64,000 bases of DNA, from the NCBI GenBank assembly GCA_047495785.1, contig JBLDXI010000007.1, positions 868,001-932,000 of the forward strand, in the 5' to 3' direction. Below are positions 39,574 through 50,227 of this stretch, piece after piece. Source of the DNA: Lepidodermella squamata (Eukaryota; Animalia; Gastrotricha). The notes below the pieces were generated by a model that did not search any database, was not told where the DNA came from, and saw only the letters and a program-made list of their open reading frames with translations. Position 1 is the first letter of the stretch; every line of letters starts with the position of its first letter. Made by a program: the position numbers and the translations under genes.

Positions 39574-42500
39574 GTACTCGAACTACCAGCAACAGCAACA
39601 ACAGCCTCCGCTCAGCATCCCACTCAACCTGTTACCGGCTCTCTTATCGGCATCACTCCAGCCGTACCTCGGTGGCTACAGCCGTTGAAAAATCGAAACG
39701 AGAAACTAACAACAATCTTTCAAACAATCGTTTTTTTAATTCTGAATCAGGAGGATGGCGATCAGCGAACCACGGAGTCAGCCAAGGTCGTAAGTGAAGA
39801 GCCTGCTAAGCGCGCGCGTTATAAACCTAAATTTGATCAAAACAATCGGCTTTTCAGGACAGTAGCCATGTGCTCTATCAATATGGAAACTCTCACTAAC
39901 AAAATTTGGGATTTTGAAGAAGAATGTTCAGAATTCGAAATTGTAGTATTTCAAGAGCACCGAATGAAAGGCCAAGGGAAAATCAATCTCAGTAACGGTA
40001 CTTTATACTATATCGGGGTGAGCAGTGGTAGAGCTCAAGCCGGGTGTGGTATCTACATCAGACGTTGTCATCAAATAAGGGTGATCAAAATTGAATTCGT
40101 AAGTGAAAGGATTCTGGTAGCTAAACTGAAAGTGTTTGGAGAAAATTTCAACATTATCGTGGTTTATGCCCCGGCAAATAACGATCTGGCAAAGCTAGAG
40201 GATTTTATTACTCAGGTTCAAGATATTTACTATAGGCTAAATACCGGAGGTGGAAAAACGATGTTGATGGGCGATTTAAACGGAAGAATCATGAGCCAGA
40301 AAAATTCCAATAATGTAGGAGACTGGGCTGATAAAGTGGAAAACCCGAAAGGGGATAAATGGCTAAAATTTGCAAGTAGCAACAATTTATGTTTCGCTAA
40401 TACTTTCTATCCTAATTGCGGATACACGTGGCGCAGCCGTGATGGTAGAAATAAAACTTTTATTGACTACATTTTAACATCTATACCCGACAGACAACAA
40501 ATCCATAAGTGCTACACTATAGAATACCCTATGCTGAAGTCTGACCATCGAATGATTGTGGCGGAATTTAAATTTTATGTCAAAAATATCAAAAAGCCTG
40601 CGGACGCAAATCCAAAGGTGAAAAATCATCTTCTACGTCAAAAACAACACATCTCGACCTTCAATGAGCACCTTGAAAAGGAAAATCTGAACCAAAATAT
40701 CAGTAAGGATCAAACTTCGTCTCTTTCACAAATTTATACTAGAGCAAAAACTGCCATACTTAGGGCAGCGAAGGTTACTTGCGGTGTAAACAACTCACGT
40801 GTAATGAAGAAACCGAAACCTCCTTGGTGGTGCCCAGAAGCAAAAGAGGCTATTCAAAAGGCCAAATATGCTTATGGGCAGTACCAAGAAGGGAAGATGA
40901 GCTCTGAGGAAAACAGAAAAGTTCTCCATTGGAAAAACAAAATTCTCGAAAAAGTAAAAAAAGATTTCGAATCCAAGCAATTCAAAGACCTGGATGACCT
41001 CCTCAAAGATGGCCAAGATTGGGAAAATCTTAAGCGGTTTTGGACTAAAATAAAAAACCTCCGAAATCCTAATTCACGAAACAAAAATATAGATAAAATT
41101 GAAACTATAAACGGAGAAATTGCTACGGAACTCGATCAAATTTTAGAAGCATTAAAAGATTATTTTATGGAATTGCTAGATGGTCAGGAAATTGATGAAC
41201 TTATCGCTATTTGTGACAAACACTTGCACCCACCAACAGAAGAACCAGATATGGAAGGAAATAGTTTACCTGTCCCGAATGAATGTATAAGCTTGGCAGA
41301 GTTAAAAAACGCTATCAAGCATATGAAAAATGGCAAAGCCGCTGGTATTGACGACATAACCCCCGAAATGATCAAGGCCCTTGATGATACAAATATTAAT
41401 TGGCTCCATGATTTATTAAATAAAGCCTGGGTGGATAAGTTAATCCCAGAGGAATGGTCAACTGCCATCATAGTCCCTCTTTATAAAAACAAAGGTGAAA
41501 AATCTCAATGCAAAAATTATAGAGGTATCTCGCTTTTAAGTATTGTTGGAAAATTATACGCCATCGTGCTAGAAAGAAAACTTAGGAATGTCATAGGGTC
41601 AAAAATTTCCAACAGACAATTCGGATTTCAACCAAGAAAAGGTACCCGAGACTGTATTTATATATTACGCCAAATTATAGAGAAAATTATTCTTCACAAC
41701 AAACAACTTCACTTAGTATTCATCGATCTAGAGAAAGCGTACGACCTTATTGATAGAGACAAAGTTTGGACAACCCTCAAAGACATGGGTGTGAAACCTG
41801 ATCTGTTGGAAGCAGTAAAAAGTTTTTATAGCTCAAATAAGGTAGCGGTTAGAGTAGGCGACAAACTCTCAAAATTTTTCCAAACACAAAAAGGTCTGAG
41901 ACAAGGTTGCCCGATGTCACCTCTCCTTTTTATAGCCGTGTTTAACAAAGTATGTGAAAAATTATACAACAGCGAAGGAGGATTTCCCCTCGATGAAAAG
42001 AAATTATTGAATCTTTTGGCTTTTGCCGACGACGGCACGCTTATAGGTATGACTGACGAGGAGATTCGAACTCTCCTTGACATTTTCAATAAGGCATGTA
42101 TAGAACTCGGACTTAAAATTAATGTTGCGAAAACCCAATACATGGTTGTAGGAGGCAAAGGAGATGAAGAACTATTTTTAGGTGATCAGAAACTCGAAAA
42201 AGTCGACTCTTTTAAATATTTAGGAAGCATAATTACTAATGACGGAAAAATGGATAAAGAACTGAACGCTCGAATCGCCAAGGCAGGGAGCTGCTTTGGG
42301 GCAATGAACAAATTTATGTGCAACAGAGGCCATATAAGTATAGAAACAAAAATGAAGGTTCTAAATTGTGTGATTATTCCTACCATCATGTATGCGTGTG
42401 AAACATGGAATCTAACAGTCGCACAAGAAAATAGCCTGAATGTAATTGAGATGCGATGGCTTCGAACAATTTTGGGCATAAAATTATTGGACTTCATACC

Positions 42501-43103
42501 TAACTACGACCTCAGATTGGTTTGCGGTGGAGTCATAGAGGTCGGAAGGTTGATAGAAAAACAAAGAATGAGATACTTAGGCCACATTATTCGAGAAGAT
42601 GAATATAACGCTAGCAGCTTGACAAACGCAATGCTAAATTGGAATAACCCCGAAAAATGGAAAAAACCCAAAGGCGCACCTAAAACTACCTGGCGTCACG
42701 CAATGAATAGAAGCCTCAAAAAAATAGGATTGGTCAAATTACAATACAAAAATATTTATGAAGGACCCCCGAAAGTTGGGAGACCGGCGAAAACAGCGGT
42801 CGTGATAAGGGTTGAAACTAAGGAAGTAGCTGATTGGGAACTGACGCAAATAGCAGCGCGAGATCGCGACGAATGGCGAATGCTAACTTTAACAATAGCG
42901 AATTTCGAATTTCATGCGAAAAGCAGGCTCTTCATGAATGTGACCGATGGCGGCACCCCGTGATCGCTGATCGTCACCCTCCCCTAAACCTTTGCGGTAA
43001 AACGGTTCCTCTTGTTGTGCGAATATTACAATCACAAGCCAACAATGAACCAGCGGAGGAGGAAAAATAAAACTTTTCATTGTTTCATTCATTGTTTTCA
43101 TTG
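39574..43103 (+). mobile_element. Non-LTR retrotransposon, RTE/RTE-X-like, 5'-truncated
   Basis: TACA duplicated at 39570-39573 and 43104-43107; the 3' end has AATAAA then a (TTTCATTG)-like microsatellite tail; encodes an APE+RT ORF. Confidence 0.9.
39685..42963 (+). CDS. LINE ORF2: apurinic endonuclease plus reverse transcriptase (first ATG at 39868)
   Basis: APE motifs FQEHR, MGDLNGR, IDYIL, SDHRM; RT motifs KAAGID, NYRGISLLS, FIDLEKAYD, GLRQGCPMSP, FADD, FKYLGS; RTE-like C-terminus RYLGHIIRE..GAPKTTW..ARDRDEWR. The frame is uninterrupted. Confidence 0.95.
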   Translation: MKNRNEKLTTIFQTIVFLILNQEDGDQRTTESAKVVSEEPAKRARYKPKFDQNNRLFRTVAMCSINMETLTNKIWDFEEECSEFEIVVFQEHRMKGQGKINLSNGTLYYIGVSSGRAQAGCGIYIRRCHQIRVIKIEFVSERILVAKLKVFGENFNIIVVYAPANNDLAKLEDFITQVQDIYYRLNTGGGKTMLMGDLNGRIMSQKNSNNVGDWADKVENPKGDKWLKFASSNNLCFANTFYPNCGYTWRSRDGRNKTFIDYILTSIPDRQQIHKCYTIEYPMLKSDHRMIVAEFKFYVKNIKKPADANPKVKNHLLRQKQHISTFNEHLEKENLNQNISKDQTSSLSQIYTRAKTAILRAAKVTCGVNNSRVMKKPKPPWWCPEAKEAIQKAKYAYGQYQEGKMSSEENRKVLHWKNKILEKVKKDFESKQFKDLDDLLKDGQDWENLKRFWTKIKNLRNPNSRNKNIDKIETINGEIATELDQILEALKDYFMELLDGQEIDELIAICDKHLHPPTEEPDMEGNSLPVPNECISLAELKNAIKHMKNGKAAGIDDITPEMIKALDDTNINWLHDLLNKAWVDKLIPEEWSTAIIVPLYKNKGEKSQCKNYRGISLLSIVGKLYAIVLERKLRNVIGSKISNRQFGFQPRKGTRDCIYILRQIIEKIILHNKQLHLVFIDLEKAYDLIDRDKVWTTLKDMGVKPDLLEAVKSFYSSNKVAVRVGDKLSKFFQTQKGLRQGCPMSPLLFIAVFNKVCEKLYNSEGGFPLDEKKLLNLLAFADDGTLIGMTDEEIRTLLDIFNKACIELGLKINVAKTQYMVVGGKGDEELFLGDQKLEKVDSFKYLGSIITNDGKMDKELNARIAKAGSCFGAMNKFMCNRGHISIETKMKVLNCVIIPTIMYACETWNLTVAQENSLNVIEMRWLRTILGIKLLDFIPNYDLRLVCGGVIEVGRLIEKQRMRYLGHIIREDEYNASSLTNAMLNWNNPEKWKKPKGAPKTTWRHAMNRSLKKIGLVKLQYKNIYEGPPKVGRPAKTAVVIRVETKEVADWELTQIAARDRDEWRMLTLTIANFEFHAKSRLFMNVTDGGTP

Positions 43104-45222
43104 TACATCAGCAGGGTTTTCCCGTCCTTGTCAGCGAAATTCACGTCCATTCCGGCTTTGATGAAGGCTTCAACAACAGGTTTCGAAAGGCTTTTTGCCT
43201 TCATGCAGCCCAGAAGCACGTTTTCACCATTGCATTCATCATTGACGCTAGCCCCATGTTGCAGGAAAAGTTTCACAGCCAGAACATTGCCGCTATTTAC
43301 GGCGCATTGCAGGGCATCAGTTCCGATGAAAGCACCTCTATTAATGAATTCCAGCAAAATATCACCACCGGCTTTGGACGTAACGGCGTGATATAGCTTA
43401 GTATCGATGAATGAATCATATGGACGATTCACGAGTTCAGGTTCAGCATTCAGGAAATACTTCACTGTTTCAAGTCTGGAATTTTCATCCGCGAAACTAT
43501 TTTGCTCCAACGCGTTAATCAGCCGCTGGCCCTGAGATTTGAAATGAGAAATTTCAAGAGATACGAATTGAGCGTGACACGAGGAATTCTTCTTGATGTG
43601 AAATCGACCAGAAGGCTACTTTAACGGCCAAGTTACACCACACCACGGTATATCTAAATATGACAGACAATAGGGCCGAAATATGGCATAGGCATTCCCG
43701 AAGCTATGCTTTCTCATTTATCGGAAGAAAAATGAAAATGACGATTGGTTTTGGCGGAAGATTCAACTGAAATTCAGTTGAAACATTTGGCAACTTGGAC
43801 TGTATAAAGCGCGTCTGCTCAAAAAATGTACTTGACTCAATTTTTTTTGAAAAGCAGATTATCTGTTCATAATATTTTTTCGAAATTTGACCCAGCAGTA
43901 TATAAAAAAAACCACAATGCCATTCTGTATGCAAATGAGCTTCCAAAATTGCCCGCTAATTATTAGTCCGACTTCATGCAAAAAAATAGGATCAGGTAAA
44001 AATCGTTAAATCAACAAAATTAGCAGATAAATCGGGAATCACCTTGAACTAATTTGCCTCAAGCATGGCAAATCTAAGAAGTTAGACTGATTATTTATCC
44101 TCGAAATGCATGGTTTTCTTCCAATTACCCTACCCTACTTATTTTCAATAATTACATTTTCGAGAATTCAATTTAAATAAACTTACTAGATGGATAAATT
44201 GTACCAAACTCGGCATAACAAAGCGCAGATAATTCAAGTCACAAGGAGCGGCCGGGGCGATATAAGCCACATCATCAGGATAGTCGACGATCGACAAGAG
44301 CTCACGTCCGTAGAACGCGGCAGAGGTCTAAAAATCGGTATACTTATTGCATGGCATCATCATTATCACTATGAAATTAAAAATACTCTTGTCAGCTGCA
44401 CTGAAGCGAGCAAATTTAAAGACCGATCGTAAAAGTTGAGTTTGCATTGGTCGCAGTCGAGGATTATAGGAGGTTTCAAAATATTGAAGGCCTGTAAACT
44501 AGATAATCTAGAAAACATTAGTGATTCATAAGAGGACCAACCCTTTGACATCGATTTGGCAGTCTGATCAGCCAATATTCGAAAATCCCGGTGCGAACGC
44601 AGTTGGGTTCAGCAGGCGCAATACAATCGACCTTGTAGTTGTACGCTTTCTTCAGGAAATCGTCCATACTAAGGTCCAACAGCTCTACAAAATCGTACCA
44701 ATTACCACCTTCGTCGAACATTAAGCAGTCGTCGCAATTCCGGCTGCGAAATATTTTACAGCACTCCAGCGCAGATTGCAGAGATTTCAAGCTGCTATCA
44801 TCTTGATGACTCAAAAAGCGGCGAGCTTTTTCGACTCCGAATTCCCGAATGATGAAACATTCCCAGAAATAATTGCTCGAAATAAACGCGTGCCAGCTTA
44901 ATAAAAATTAATTAACGCAAAAATAGCCAACAAATAGTAAAAAATAACCGTTTAGATACAACGTTGCATATCATGAAAATTTCTCTATTGCGAATTCGAA
45001 GGAAAATATTGACGACGATTTCTGGTGGTAGGAAGTCAACAGGATCCAATGATTCCATCCTTTTCCGTTTCAATAATGGACTGCCGTCCTCCTCCATGCT
45101 CTTACATTAAAATTAAAAAGTTATGATCTAGCGAAACAAAAATAAACGAATGAAGAAATGCGTAAAAATGTTGTTGAAATGTGTAAAATTACATCGAAAA
45201 TTATTGAAATTTCAAAAAAGTC

Positions 45223-47008
45223 TCATTTCGATTCGAAGGTTTCTAGCAAATTAATAATTCCATGATCGGGTTTGTCTTTGAACATTAGCTTGGCCAATTG
45301 GAGCGGAGTTTGACGTTTGCTGTTTTTCGCCTCTCTATCAGCCCCGTTTTCCAGCAGCATTCGAACAGCATCAGGCCGGGCCCGTTCAACCATGCGATGC
45401 AGCGGCCTCATTTTCCCTGATTTCCCGGCAATTTCCATATTGACGTCGATTCCATGCTCGATCAACGCCTTGAGACGCGGCTCGACCTGAGAATAATTAA
45501 TCGCTAAATCCAACACGCTTTCGCCACGCTTATTCCGCCGATTCATTACAGCCCCTTTGTCGAGAAAATACTTGACAGAATGGATGATTTGATATTTGGC
45601 AGAAATCATTAACAAAGTATTGCCATCATTATCGGCGAAATCAATATCGAAGCCACGGTCAATGAATGTGTCAAAAATGACCTTCGAAATCGTGTGGGTT
45701 ACCCTCATACTTTCAACTAGCACATTTTCACCGCGGTAAGTCGAATAAATGTCCGCTCCAAGATCGACAACCATTTTTACGGCGGTTTTGTGATTTTTGC
45801 GAATAGCCCAGTGAAGAGGGCCAGGACCAGGGCCGTACCCGGTTTTGATGAATTCAGCTAGAATGGATTTATTCAAACCGAGGGAAATCGCCTCGCTAAA
45901 TGCCGAACCATAGAACAACGTGTCGTTTCCCTGATACAGGAAGGACGGGTTTTTACTCAGAAAAGACCGAACTTCCTTGATCAGAGCAGAATTCGACAAG
46001 CCAGCCTCATTTTTACATAAGGCCATTAAATCACGGATCTGAGACAGAGTTTTTTTCAATTTGAAGCTTAACCTTTAATTTCTTACCTTGATCAACAAAT
46101 CGGCACAACTTGGAAAAATAACTCGCAAGTACTCCAGCCTGGCCCAGACACTCGAGCATATGTACCTAACGCCGTAAGGATAACTTCGAATGAAGACATA
46201 CTCATCACCCCATTCCTAAAAACAGCAATTCAAATATATTTTTTCTTCGAAATAACAAAACCTCAGTTTTAATTGTAAAGGTTTTAAGAACTTGATGATT
46301 GGAGTCCATTAGAAATAATTTGCCTGGGGTAGATCTAATCGCAATCGTCGGTTGAAACACATCGAAAACCTGCAAAATATATTGAAAAAATTAGACAGAA
46401 TTTTTTGTTGAAAAAAAACCTGTCCGCAAGACTCGGGAATTCTTGCTATCCAATAACGGCTAGAATTACCAGCGTATATTACGCAATTTCGATTCTCATT
46501 TCCAGCCATGAAAATTGGCAATTTATTACGCGCCAATTGAATGAAATTTTCGACCGAATCGGGTTCGATGTAAGCTCCCTTGAAGTCTTCAACGTCGTCG
46601 AAATGATCGGCATTTCGAGGGCTGAAGATTTGGTGAGTTGTCAAAGACCGATAAAACGATTCGACTGAACCTCCAGATTTTAAAAACTGCTGCAATCGAT
46701 CTGAGCCGAACTCAACCGCCAGCAGCCGCTCAAGAAAATATTTGCCAGTCAAATATCTATGCCAGCTAGGATAAAGAAAAATGGGGATTTCCTCAAAAAA
46801 AACGAATCGTCAGCACTACAACTCACCTTTTGCAAACGAGACAGAGACTTAGAAATATTTCCTTGTTAGGTAACCGTACAAATATTTCTGCAGCGATCTC
46901 GGGTGGGAAAATAGACAGCGGATCGGCGACCAGGTCATGCGATCGCTTGACGGGTTGATTCTCAACCGAATTAGAGGGCAAGGGACGTTTTTTGGATGAG
47001 CTTTTCAT
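45223..47008 (-). CDS. F-box/FBA-like/ankyrin gene copy #16
   Basis: DPLSIFPPEIAAEIFVRLPNKEIFLSLCLVCKR; exon3 VFDVFQPTIAI..LMDSNHQVLKTF; exon4 EWGDEYVFIRSYPYGVRYI; ankyrin exon 45223-~46038. Confidence 0.88.
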
Positions 47009-47557
47009 TCTTCATGAGCTTATTTCTAGAAAAATCTAGAAAACTAGAAAATGTTGCGACGAAAAATAACATTTTCTGGCTGGAATTATATCTCACCAAA
47101 AATCGAAAATGGAACAATTATCATCTCAGTGGTTTGAAAATGGCTCAGAAGTCATCGGGTAAGACTGCTTTGCCTCGTCTAGAAAACAAAGCAGAGCAGT
47201 GACGTCACTAATAGAAGAAATCAAAAATATTGCGCAACATTAATCACCCTCACAATGGTTTGTTTTCGGAAAATTTTAGCTCAGAAGTGTCGGTTTTTTT
47301 TTAAAAAGGAACCAAACTAACCCCGAAAAAAGATTGCTTGCAAATTGACCGATTCAGCTGGATCAAAAAATACTCAGATGTAGATTAAATGGACCCATTT
47401 TCCAAACTTCATCGGCAAAAATGTATAAACTCTAAAGATAAAATGAAATGTTAGGTTTCGTAAATTTACACTAGAAATTGCACTCAATCGTAACAAATAG
47501 TATCGCAATGTCAGCAGAATCTAAGAAAATACGATTTTAAATCTCTCGAAACTTCGA

Positions 47558-49193
47558 TCAGCTTTGATCGATTTTCTTTGCTGCAATATGATTTTCCAAC
47601 ATTGTCAAAATTCTTGGATATTGCTTCGCCAAATCAAAGGCCGTTCTTCCATGGCTATCGGTAAGATGTGGGTCAGCACCGTGCTCCAAAAGAGATTCGA
47701 CTGCGTCCAATTTAAAGCTTCGTATCATCCTATGCAACGGAGGGTCATTTCTAGGCTGATTAGGATTGGCGCCGGCCTCCAAAAGCACCCTCACCCTCGG
47801 CTCGCAACCTTTCGCGTACGACATCGCATTGGTGAGAGCTGATCCGCCACCTTTCGTTTCGCGCGAGACATCGGCGCCTTCTTTGATCAGAAGGCGAACT
47901 ATATGGATCGGCTGATAACCAGCGGCGTACATCAGTAGAGTCATGCCATTGCTATGAGTCGTTTCTACATCCAACCCAGCTTTAAGAAGTGCTTCAAGGA
48001 CTCCTTTTGAAAGCCCCTTGCCGTAGGTCATCATTTCGGAAAATAAACTGGAAATAAGTGGTTGTTCAATAATGGCACCATGGGATAGTAGGAATTTCAT
48101 CGAATTCGGGCAATTCCTTGTTAAAGCGGTCTTAAGAGCGGTGGGTCCATCGAAAACGGCACCATGCGAGTGAAACGCCGTTAAAATCTCTTTAGACGCA
48201 TTTTTCGAAATTGCTTTCAAAAATAACGAATTTTCGTATTTTGGCCCGGTGCTCTCTCGATTTATCAGACTAGGAGCAGCATCTAGCATCCAGCCAACAT
48301 CGCAGGAATTATCCGGAGTTTCATCAAGCAAGCAATTCAATCTGCATCGCTACAAATTATACTTGAAAAATCCAAGCAAAAACGAAGACCAAATATTCAA
48401 ACCATTTCGAGGAAAGCTTTCAGGCTAGGGAAACCAATTCGAAAAGACTGAATTTCGCTCGAAGTAACAGAACCGATGAATCGCGTTCCGACAGGATATT
48501 CCTCCAATACAAAGTTGTCTCCGCGACCGAAATCAACGTCCGGCTTGAGAATTAAAATCAAATTTCAAAATTATAATTTGCCATGTTCGGAAAACGGAAA
48601 AACGAACTATTATAATTTTCAGCTCCTTCATTGCCGAATCGTAAAAAGAGATTTGACATGCGGAGTTGCATTCGATGACGATAACCGGCTTCAATATATC
48701 AAATGCCTAAAATCAAGAAAAATGTAGAAAATGGCGAGGGTATTTGATTTTTTCCACCTCTTGACACCCGCCCGGTAATCCGACCAGCCACCAGTTTTCT
48801 TCGTGGTTGATAATGAACAAATTTTCGAACACTCGCTCGCGAAATGAATCGTACGAGTTACGATTTTGACTCGTGAATAGCTTCGAGGAATACATAGATT
48901 TGCGGAGCGATAGAAATCGACGAGCTTTTTGAGCCCCAAATTCATGAATGATCAAATTCTCCCAGAACAAATCGCATCTGATCAAATTATGCCAACTGAA
49001 AAAAGTGCTAGATAATTCAAGCGAATAGTAAAATTGGATACAACCTTTTTGAGACGGTATTGCAGTGGATGAACATTTCCTCCAATCGTAAATATAAAAG
49101 GATTTTGCCCATGACCTCCTTTGGCAAAACATCGATGGGATCAATAGCCAAGCCAGGCTGAGCAGAGCTCAACTTTCGCTTTCGACCGGCCAT
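47558..49193 (-). CDS. F-box/FBA-like/ankyrin gene copy #17 (shortened exon 2)
   Basis: MAGRKRK..DPIDVLPKEVMGKILLYLRLEEMFIHCNTVSKS; exon4 EEYPVGTRFI; ankyrin exon 47558-48349. Confidence 0.85.
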
Positions 49194-49394
49194 TTTTCAC
49201 GAAACCGGAAACTCAAATCTTAAGTTGCTCAAAAATAGTAAGACAGCTAAAAAAAAATTATACAACCAAAATAGCTATAAAATCGTGACAAAATGCAGAA
49301 TTAAAAAAATATAATCATAAAAAATATAAAAAATTCGCGATTTGAAATGGCGCCTAATAGCGACTATTTTCGCTTTTAAAAACGGCTCTCAGGT

Positions 49395-49912
49395 TCATTG
49401 TTCCGAATAGTTAGAAGATTCTCGGCTCAAAGTCTCTTGAAGTAACATCAGGATAAAAAGGTGCACATCTTCAGCATCAGGAATCATCGAACCTTCTTCC
49501 TCATTGATCATCATGAACAAATTATTGAATAATCGCTCGCGAATCGAATCGTAAGAACTAACATTCCAACAAGTGAATAGTTTTGAGGTGCGGATAGTAT
49601 TGCGGAGAGATTCAAGGGCGCCGGCATTTGATAAAAATCGACGGGCTTTCGCTTCCCCAAATTCACGAATGATCACATTTTCCCATAAGAAATCGCCACC
49701 GATTAGACGGTGCCAACTGAAAACAAACCAAATAAATCAGCTTTATTTCAAATTTATCTCAACCTCTCTGAGTCAATGTTGCATTGGAGAAAAATGTCCG
49801 GCAGCCGTAAATTCAACAACACTGCGATCATGACCTCTTTCGGCAAAACATTGATCGGATCAATAAAAACTGGCGGCTGATCGATTTTCAACTTTCGTTT
49901 TCGGCCTGTCAT
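49395..49912 (-). pseudogene. Truncated duplicate of copy #17 (#18): exons 1-2 only, frameshifted
   Basis: MTGRKRK..DPINVLPKEVMIAV, then a 1-bp deletion giving TGA; exon2 EFGEAKARRFLS..SYDSIRERLF matches #17; exons 3-5 are absent. Confidence 0.8.
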
Positions 49913-50227
49913 TTTTTCGAAAAATCAAAAAATTAAAGCACCGAATGTCACTAAATATGTGCTAAAAAAATCAGGAGCTGCATAACATCTGGGAAATCGG
50001 TGCGTTCCCATCTCCCCGAAAAATCTGGGACGTTCGAATTCCCTGATTTTTTTTCCATTCGTCTTTTTATTCCGTCAGGAAGGGAAATTGTTTCACTAAG
50101 GCTTTTAGAACAGAAATGAAGAGTAATTGAGCAAATGCTGAGCTGGTTTCGAAGAACATGCAATATGAGACTAGGTTAAACAAAACAAAAAATACAAGCA
50201 AAAAACGTTTCGAGCCATCTTAAAATT

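Larger units (their letters stand above)
39263..45097 (-). pseudogene. F-box/FBA-like/ankyrin gene copy #15 (paralog of #14); ankyrin exon interrupted by a LINE
   Basis: Exon1 MEEDGSPLLKRKR..LPPEIVVNIFLRIRNREIF; the ankyrin exon reads ..DGKTLLMY|LINE|AAESQKLDVVKFLV.. across 43104/39573. Confidence 0.85.

Noticed and set aside
39685-42963. RT amid many variable genes, suggesting a diversity-generating retroelement or retron
   Set aside because: The ORF is APE+RT with a microsatellite tail and TSD, i.e. an ordinary LINE; there is no template/variable repeat pair with adenine-specific differences.
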